From Chrysomallon squamiferum (taxonomy: Eukaryota; Animalia; Mollusca), in contig CM022677.1 in assembly GCA_012295275.1 (NCBI GenBank), positions 4,774,001-4,838,000 of the forward strand: 64,000 bases of DNA. The letters run 5' to 3'. Every line of letters begins with the position of its first letter. Position 1 is the stretch's first letter. The position numbers were made by a program, and so were the translations under genes. The notes under the pieces were generated by a model that worked only from the letters and a program-made list of their open reading frames with translations, was not told where the DNA came from and searched no databases. This document shows, piece after piece, positions 52,694-64,000 of the stretch.

Positions 52694-54781
52694 CTGAACA
52701 ACAACAACAAACACTATTAGTAATAATAACAACAATAACAATAATAACAATAATAATAGTAATAATAATAGTAATAATAATAGTAATAATAATAATAATA
52801 ATACTAATAGCAATAATAGTAGTAGTAATAATAATAATAACAATAACAATAAGAACAATAATAATAATAATAATAACAATAATAATACTAGTAATAAAAA
52901 TAATAATAATAATAATAATAATAAATAATAAATAATAATAATAATAATAAATAATAATAACTATAATAAATAATAATACTACCAGTAATCCAGTACTAGT
53001 ACAATTACTACTAATAATAGAGATAATAATACTTTTTGTAGCAGTATTAGTAGCAGTAATTATATTTATTGCCGTTACCAACAACTGACTTATGTGAAGC
53101 AGCATTCTCCCAACTTCTCATCCTTAAAAACAAGCACCGAAATAAATTAAATGTGGAAGACGACTTGAGGTGTGCTATATCGACAACGGAGCCCAGGATA
53201 GAATTGCTAGCTAAAAAACTGCAATACCAGCCGTCTCATTAAGTTCAGTTCATAAACATACTTTACATAACGGTGGAAATTTGTGTGTTCGAATAATTTT
53301 GAATTGATTTGCAATTAATTAATGTTTGTAGGAGCTATGGAATTTTTTATGAATAAATTTGAAATTAATCATGAATTTACGGAATGTATAGTTACTTCAC
53401 GAATAAATAATCTATAATTCAATAATCGTAATATATGGCAGTTTGTTGTACAAAAAAATGAATGTATATATAAGATATTTTAAGGATTGGGGTCGCTTCC
53501 TGATTGCTTGTTCTAAAATGGGTCGCTATATTTGAAAGGTTGGGAAGCACTGGTCTAAGGTGTAGTCGATAGATTATAATATAGTTCTGCTTACAAAATA
53601 TACGTGTTTAAGTTACTGAGAATAAAAAGCAGTTGATGTAGTCGTACTGTTACTGGAGTGATCGTTACAGTAGTGTGGTAGTAGATGCATTATTGGTGTT
53701 TGTTATGTTACTAATAGTGCTTTATATATATATATATATATATGTTTGTATGTATGTATATGTACATTGAGACACATACACACATACAGAGAGAGAAGTG
53801 TGTACATATATCTATCTATATGTATCTATATAGATACAGACAGACAGACAGACAAACAATGATACACAAATTACACATCACTCACAGATAAAAACATATA
53901 TATATGTTTGTATGCATGTATATGTACATTGAGACACATACACACATACAGAGAGAGAGAGGTGTACATATATCTATATTTATTTATATAGATACATACA
54001 TACAGACAGACAGACAATGATACACAAATTACACATCGCTCACAGATAAAAACGCACTCATGGACCTATAAGAACTAATCAAGTGAAAATGTCAAATGTA
54101 TTACGTATTTTGACAGAGTTTCTTTTTCTCAAAGTATTAAAGTCTTTCACTGTGCATTAAAGACACAAGAAACAAAGTTATTTTTTATTAGCGCCAAATC
54201 CGACTTAGCACATTGTTTAAATTCATTCACGACAGATTTAGTTTTAATAAAGAATCAACAGATTCCTGTCTCTACCGAGTTCAGCTCGAAGCTCAAGGTC
54301 ATAAATTTTGTGAAATGAGGAAATCGAAAAAAATGTAAAAACAAAGAAGCTAAATTAATTAATTCAAAATGACAAACAACCAAAAATAATAAATAAATAA
54401 ATAAATGTATGAATGTATGAATGAATGGATGAATAATAATAATAATGATAATAAATCACATTTCTCTTTAATACACGATTTATTTCGTTTATTATTATTA
54501 TTATTTAATACACAGGTGTTAATTTCATTTAAAATTTAACTTTACAAACAATGAATATTCAAAGTAAAAATATTACAAAATACTAAACAGATAATCCTAA
54601 TTTGTATTTAGATTTTATAAATTTTGTACCTTCACTTACGAGTTTAATTCGTTCCATGGCCCAGCTCGTAATTGAAATTAATTGAAAGATTATTAATCCG
54701 TTCCAGGACATCCAAAACCACCCAGTTTTTTTGTAACCTGTTTTTAAATAAGGAAAAAGTATGTATAAGTGACAAATATTG

Positions 54782-54819
<38 letters not shown>

Positions 54820-55286
54820 ATCTAAAGAAATAAACTGGTTTTGTAAAGTGTATTAAATTTAATGCCTTTGGCTGGAGTTACAGACTTTTTCGACTCCTTC
54901 TGCTTCAGTATAGTATATATCGTACATCGTACAAGTACTACGCTGGTGCTGGCTAGCCAAGTCGACTACACGCACACTTTGATCATGTTTTTCTATGATT
55001 TCATGCTTTAATTCAATGGACAGCCGCACATCTGAAGCTCGCTCGTAACTCAGATTTTGGCTCGTAACTCAAATCAATAAATGAACCGGGCAACTGCTCT
55101 TAACTTGAAAACCTCGTAAATCAAAGTATCAAGCTATAGACAATTCTAATGTATTAATAAATTCAATATATAAAAAAGAATGATTCAGTGAAATAATAAT
55201 AATAATAATAACAATAATAATAACAATAATAATAATAATAACAATAATAATAATAAAAGAAGAAGTTAATAGTTCCCTTAAGAAGA

Positions 55287-55350
<64 letters not shown>

Positions 55351-55599
55351 TAATTAATTAATAGAAACAACAAATTCTGTAAAACAATAGATAGTTCATT
55401 TATACAGATACAAAATTATTTTTCCTCAGTATGTATGTAATATGTATATTGCAATCGGACATTTTATTCAGATCATTTTGTACAGAAATTAATTATTAAT
55501 CTAATTAGTAAGTTAAAAGCCTTGTTTAACTTGAGGTACATATAAAAATAATGTGTTATGTAATATAACAGCTGACGAAATGCCCACGAATGTGTCAAC

Positions 55600-57467
55600 T
55601 GCGCATGTGCGAAAAAGTCTCATGGCGGTACTGGAGCGCAAATAACTGTGTCGATCGAAGGTAGGTTGAAAAACTACTTTTTGAGCTGAAATCTCGCTGA
55701 TGATTTTCCAAAACATGTTCAGTTTTAACTTTTGTATCCGTGCTAAATCAATGAATGTCTCTTTTGGGGTCTTTTAATAGATGAATTAATAAAAAACGGG
55801 CGAGGATAATTTCAGTAAAACAAAATTAGTCACCAACCACTTTAAAAGTGCTAATTATAATTATTATATTAATATAGTTTTTTATTTTTTTTATTTTTTA
55901 AATAAGTTATTTCAGATTTTACAGTTTGAGATGGATAAATAACAAAAGTGTCTTCGAAATAATATTTTAACCTGTTAACGTACACTATTTATTTTCGACA
56001 TACATTTAATAAAGTATAATAAATTATAATAAATTTTTGTTACCATGTCCCATGCTTTGACCTTTTGTAATAATGAACGTTTGTTAATGTATTTTTAATG
56101 TTAAATTATTTCAGTTAAAACGGAATCAACAGAAAGTGATATAACCTGAAATAAGAGTCATGTCGTAAGTATTAAATTTTTATTTTTTTCTTAATTTTTA
56201 TTTTTTATTTTTCATTATTTTAGTCGTCAGAAAATACAAATATTTGGAAAATTAATATAAAGCGTTTTAGAATAAGTTGAGTAAAATACAAATTAAAGGG
56301 AAGCAATCTGACAGGTGGTGAAAAGGAAGTTATATCTAAGTACTGATGCCCATAAAAGGCTAACTTTCTGATTCTAATTAAGGAAAGAAATTTTAGCTTC
56401 ATATTTTTAGGCTAGTTTATTGCTAAAACTATCTGACAGAACTGATTTGGTTATAGAACACAAATGTTCACTGACAGATGTAGTGTTGTGCATAAGTTTG
56501 ATGATGCACACAGCTAACTCCCTAGTTTTATGTCCCCTCCTCTCCCCCACCCCAACCAAAAAACCCCCAAACTAGGAAATGTGAAAAAGAATCATGTTTT
56601 AAATATTTAAAAAATAGATTAAAACTGACAAATAAATCTTTTATTCAAATTAAATATAAATTAACTACATTGATTATTTGTAATTTCAGTGTTTGAAATG
56701 AACTCTCTTGTAAGAAATGTTTTTTAAAACTTTTTCTTTTTTTCACCTAAAATGAGAGGATTTCTTTTTTCTGTACTAATTAAACCAAAGTGAGTTAATC
56801 TCTCTTGTGACTTAGACGTGTTTTAATTAATTTAAGCTTTGCAAATGCAATGATAAGTTGTATGCAGTGTAAACTGTAGAGCAGATATCCTTTCTGATCA
56901 TCAGCAAAGTCTAGATTGTTTTCAGACAGAAATGTAGTTTCTGCTGCTGTAACAAGTATGACGAGGTCAATAATTTCATGTTTAATTTTGATATCTTTTT
57001 GGTTTATGTTCTATTATTTTCATCATCAAGCTGTTTAACACTGGATTCATCAAATATCAAAACTTTTTTTGTAAGAATGCTAAAAAAATCTTTAAATACA
57101 GGTTTGTGCTTGCAGTTTAAATGAAACAGAATCAGTATATAGCATAATTTAACCTGATAATACAGTTTTTAAAAGAGAATCACAAATTTTCCAACAGTTT
57201 AGTTAGTGAAAGATTTGTTAGTGTCACGTGATCACTTACTGCTGCTTTTTTGTTTTGTCTTCACAGTTTTCATTTAACACTCTCTCTTGTTTGTTTTGTC
57301 TTCATACACACAGTTTTAAAAGTATTTTTATTTTTTATTCTTTTTACAAGTGTTCACCGAGAAGTTGCTGGTAGAATTCAAGGTCAACGTCAGTGGTCTC
57401 GACGTGTGGGTCGCCCAACAGCACAAACATCTGAGAGATACACAAGAGACAAAAAACTCAGGTCAGT
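55600..57467 (+). pseudogene. 5' part only of the paralogous dsRBD gene (promoter, ATG exon 56115-56164, exon from 57351)
   Basis: ATG TC|gtaagt is conserved. The next exon is 62 bp longer and frame-discordant, and the dsRBD exons are absent (replaced by Gypsy sequence after 60879). Confidence 0.6.
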
Positions 57468-58367
57468 GTGAGACATGTCACTTATTTACTTCTTTTTTAA
57501 ACACAGGACATGCTAAATGTTAAATATTTTCACTAGTGAAATAATCTGAATGTATTTGTTTATCCTGCAATAACACAAAACTAAATAACACAAAATGAAA
57601 TAACACAAAACAAAATAATTCATAAATAACAACAATTTATTTGTTATTTTCAAAATGGTCTTTAATGTCTAAACCAGAAATTAAACACTAAGATGTAAGT
57701 TTAAAAGAGTAAAGATGTGTATTGAAGTAAATATAATTCTCTTCCAAAAAGCTCCATTTGTGGTCATTGGTCAAACATACAGAAATTAATCTAGTCACAT
57801 CTTGGCAAAATGTACAGTGATCGCAGGATATATATATACAGATATATATATCTTCCCATTGGTCTGTTTCCTTAATGAATAATTTTTAAACTATAATTCT
57901 AAGTTGCTTTTAATGTCACAGTATCCTCCTCTAAAAAAGTGTCATTCATTGATTAATGTGTGTTTGATTCATTAATTAATATATATTTTGTTTATTAATT
58001 AATGTATATTTTGTTTATTAATTAATGTATATTTTGTTCATTTATTAATATATATTTTGTTTATTAATTAATGTATATTTTGTTTATTAATTAATATATA
58101 TTTTGTTTATTAATTAATGTATATTTTGTTTATTAATTAATGTATATTTTGTTCATTTATTAATGTATATTTGATTCATTGATTAATATATATTTTGTTT
58201 ATTAATTAATGTATATTTTGTTTATTAATTAATGTATATTTTGTTCATTTATTAATGTATATTTGATTCATTGATTAATGTGTATTTGGTTCATTAATTA
58301 ATATATATTTGGTTCATTTATTAATGTATATTTGGTTCAGAGAGCTGAGAAGCTGATTTATCTAAAA

Positions 58368-60866
<2,499 letters not shown>

Positions 60867-60879
60867 CTCTAAAGGGACA

Positions 60880-63850
60880 CAAACAAGAGCAGTATCGTCA
60901 ATGGCGTTAGAAGCATCCTCTACGGCATTAGAAGTAACCGTTCTGTTTTTCATCTCAGTCTCTTCCACCTGAACGGTTGGTTCAACAAATTCCATTTCGA
61001 TTTCGGTACCAACTGCAGACAGTTCAGGGGAAGGGTTCCTATTATCCTCCAAATGCACACATTTATGAAGTTGATCCACATGTCTTTTACACACAAAATC
61101 TCCAACTTTCACTCTGTGGGTAACAGGCGCTAGCTGACACAGTACTTTTCCACTCAACCACTTGTCAGATCCTGTATAGTTCTTCACTTGTACTGAATCT
61201 CCAACATTGAACACCCGTGTTTTACTTACTTTTGGAATAGTTATCTTTTTAACAGAGTTCTCCAAACTTGAACGCAAGATATCCAGTCTCGTTCAAACAC
61301 GTCTGCCAAGAAACAATTCTGATGGGGTATATTTTGTAGTACAGTGCGGAGTGTTCCGATACGCAAACAAGAATGATGAAATCTTCTGGTTCATGGTTCG
61401 TGACTCAACTGTTTTCATTGCAGTTTTGAAAGTACAAACAGCTCTTTCTGCCTCTCCATTTGAACTTGGATGATATGGAGCTGTTTTGATGTGTTTCACT
61501 CCATTTTTCTTAAGAAATGTTCAAATTCCTCTGCAACAAACTGAGGTCCATTATCAGAAATCAACTTCTCTGGCATTCCATAACTTGCAAAGAGATTTCT
61601 CAACGTCTCTACTGCATGCGTGGCTCTGGTACTGGAAAAGCTTCCATCCATTTAGAATGTGCATCCACCACAATCATGAACATTTCTTTCATGAATGGTC
61701 CAGCAAAATCAACATGTTTACTTTGCCATGTGGGCCAAATCCATGTATTAGCTGTTCTTTTTGCCATGACTGTTTGTTGTAGTTGGCAACACTTACACTT
61801 GCTAACTTTCTTTTCTATGTCAATATCCATATGAGGCCACCACACATGCAATCTAGCCAAAGATTTCATTTGCACAATTCCAGGATGATTTTCATGAAGA
61901 TGTTTATCGGGAATAATCACTCGCATTCCTCTGAGAAGACAGTGTTCCTCCACTGTTAATTCATCTTTCACTCTGAAATAAGGTAACAGCTCAGGTGAAA
62001 TAGAAGACTCTTTTGGCCTTCCATACATGTTATAATGTATAACCCGAGATAATACTTTGTCAACTTCAGTTGCTTTTGCAATATTTCTTGCAGTGGTAGG
62101 TAATCCATTGACTTGATTTCTCATTGCTTGCTTGTCTTCATGCCAAAACACACTTTCAGATATTTCTTCAGTTTGCAAGTCGTAGTAGGGACAGTGCATC
62201 AGCATTTCCATTTTTGGTAGTTTTTCTGTACTTAATGTCAAACTGATATCCAGCTAACTGAATAGCCCAACGCTGTAGTCGAGAGGCTGTCAGAACAGGA
62301 ATATTCTTTTTAGGTCCAAGAATCATTGTCAGTGGTTTACGATCTGTGAACAAGTAAATCTTCTAACATACAGGTACTGATGGAACTTGTGTATTCCAGA
62401 AATTATTGCCAGTGCTTCTTTCTCAATTTGGGAATACTTGTGTTCTGCTGATGTCAGAGTTCTAGAAACGTATGCTTGCTATTGGCCTTTCTGATCCTTC
62501 ATTTCCATATGATATTATAACTCCAAGACCATGCGCAGATGCATCTACTGCCAACATTACTGGTTTCATCGGGTCATAGTGGACAAGAATTTTAGATGAT
62601 GCTAACAGTTTTCCCACTTTGGAAAATGCTTGCTGACAATCATCACTCCATTTCCACTCTGAGTCTTTGGTTAACAACGCTGTTAGCGGTGCCACCACTG
62701 TTGATGTGTTGGATACAAACTTGCGATAGTAATTCACAATACCTAACCAAGAATGCAACTCACTCTTGTTCTTAGGTTCGGGCACTTTCAAAATAGATCC
62801 AACTTTTCTTTCAGAAGGTTGAATCCCATTTTTGTTCACAATAAATGCAAAGTACTCAACTTCATTTTTCATCAATGCACATTTGGACCTTTTCAGTTGA
62901 ATTCGATATTTTTCTAGGCGTTTCGAAGTGTTTTTCAAATGTTTCAAGTGTTCGGTGTCATCCTTTCCAGTGACTATGATGTCATCCAAAATGTAACCTA
63001 CACCTTTTAGCCCTTGAAGCACTTTGACCATAGTTTGTTGAAAATTAGCAGGCGCTGCAGCAGCTCCAAATGGCGATAAAGTCCAAGGTGAGTAGTGATT
63101 GTGACATAGTTCCTCGACTCTTTATCAAGGAACACTTGCTGGTATCCATGTGACAAATCCAGTTTGGAGAACTTTTGTCCTCAATTGAGTTTGCTGAAAA
63201 TGTCTTCTGCAGTGGGCAAAGGGTACTCGGGCACTTCCAACACAGGATTTATGGTAACCTTGTAATCGCCACAAATGTGAATGGTATTGTCAGGTTTTAA
63301 AACAGGTACAATAGGAGAAACCCATTAAGAAAAATCCACCTTTTCTACAATTCCTTCTGCTTCAAGTCTGTGAAGTTCATCAGAAATCTTTTCCTGAAAA
63401 ACTTTGGAGTAGCATCCTCTTTCACTTTCAGATGAGCTCTTATGCCATTTTACTGTTCCCAATTCATATTCTTAATACTGTTCCAGTCCAACTGAATATT
63501 TTGGAACCAATTCCATCCAAACAAAGTTGGTTCATTTCCTTTCACCACAATTAAAGGTAAAAGTTTTTTCTGCTTTCCATATTTAACAGTCACCTCAATT
63601 TGCCCCAGGACTGGCACCACTTCATCTGTATAAGTTTTCAACACAATCGATATTGATTTCAATGACACTGTTTTCTTCAATTTTTCCTGATAACTCTTAT
63701 TAGAAATTATCGACACAGAAGCACCTGTATCTACTTCCACTTTGAATGGCACACCATTGAGTTACAATGAAATTTGAATTTCTTTCGCTTTTGTAGATTT
63801 CACTGTGAAAATTGACTGTTCAAAATCACCGTCATTTCTTTCCATTGCAA
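60880..63850 (-). mobile_element. Ty3/Gypsy (Mag/K02A2.6-like) LTR retrotransposon pol remnant, no LTRs visible
   Basis: Domain order PR (VDTGASVS) - RT (YILDDII, LGIVNYYRKF) - RNase H (VDASAHGLG, TDRKPL, RLQRWA) - integrase (HPGIVQMK, HVDFAGP, YHPSSNGEAERAV); many frameshifts. Confidence 0.93.
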
Positions 63851-64000
63851 CCTCTTTATGGAATGGAATGGAAAAGAATGAACGTGCTAATCAGAGCAAG
63901 CTGTTGTGAAGCTTTCTGACAGGTCAGCGGGCGTGTCCGTCGCAGAAAAGTTTTGGGTAGGGTAAGAGTTAGAGAGTGGATAGAGAATGGGTTCTCGCCA

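Noticed and set aside
63850-64000. GC-richer sequence with gggtagggtaagagttag after the Gypsy fragment, as an LTR or telomere-like seed
   Set aside because: Too short and cut by the window edge to assign.

Overview
AT-rich, microsatellite-dense animal DNA, probably a lophotrochozoan such as a mollusc (inferred from the GIMAP, TIR_2 and EGFR exon styles and the TTAGGG telomere). No prokaryotic features, rRNA, tRNA or CRISPR are seen. A 200-N scaffold gap (17456-17655) is followed directly by about 10.3 kb of (CCCTAA)n (17656-27980), oriented as a left chromosome end. Its distal ~1.5 kb is dominated by a 7-mer variant, CTCCTAA (TTAGGAG). To the right lies a subtelomere-like mosaic, mostly on the minus strand: a dismembered EGFR-like pseudogene (furin-like exons, kinase exons lacking the HRD exon, and tail exons ending ETEV*), CAMSAP/Patronin CKK-domain exons nested inside it, an L1/Tx1 ORF1 fragment, a Buster-type hAT, a Gypsy pol remnant and many minisatellites. 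The contig left of the gap carries an ~8.3 kb inverted, diverged paralogue of 52275-60879, plus a TIR-domain exon and a GIMAP pseudogene. It also holds the only apparently intact gene, which the ORF track misses. This minus-strand spliced gene encodes an A1CF/RBM46/RBM47/DND1-type dsRBD with no RRMs, followed by an in-frame 15-aa P/Q/Y/H/G-rich repeat whose units nearly all carry a 5' splice-site consensus. All family assignments come from recalled motifs and manual translation, not database searches.
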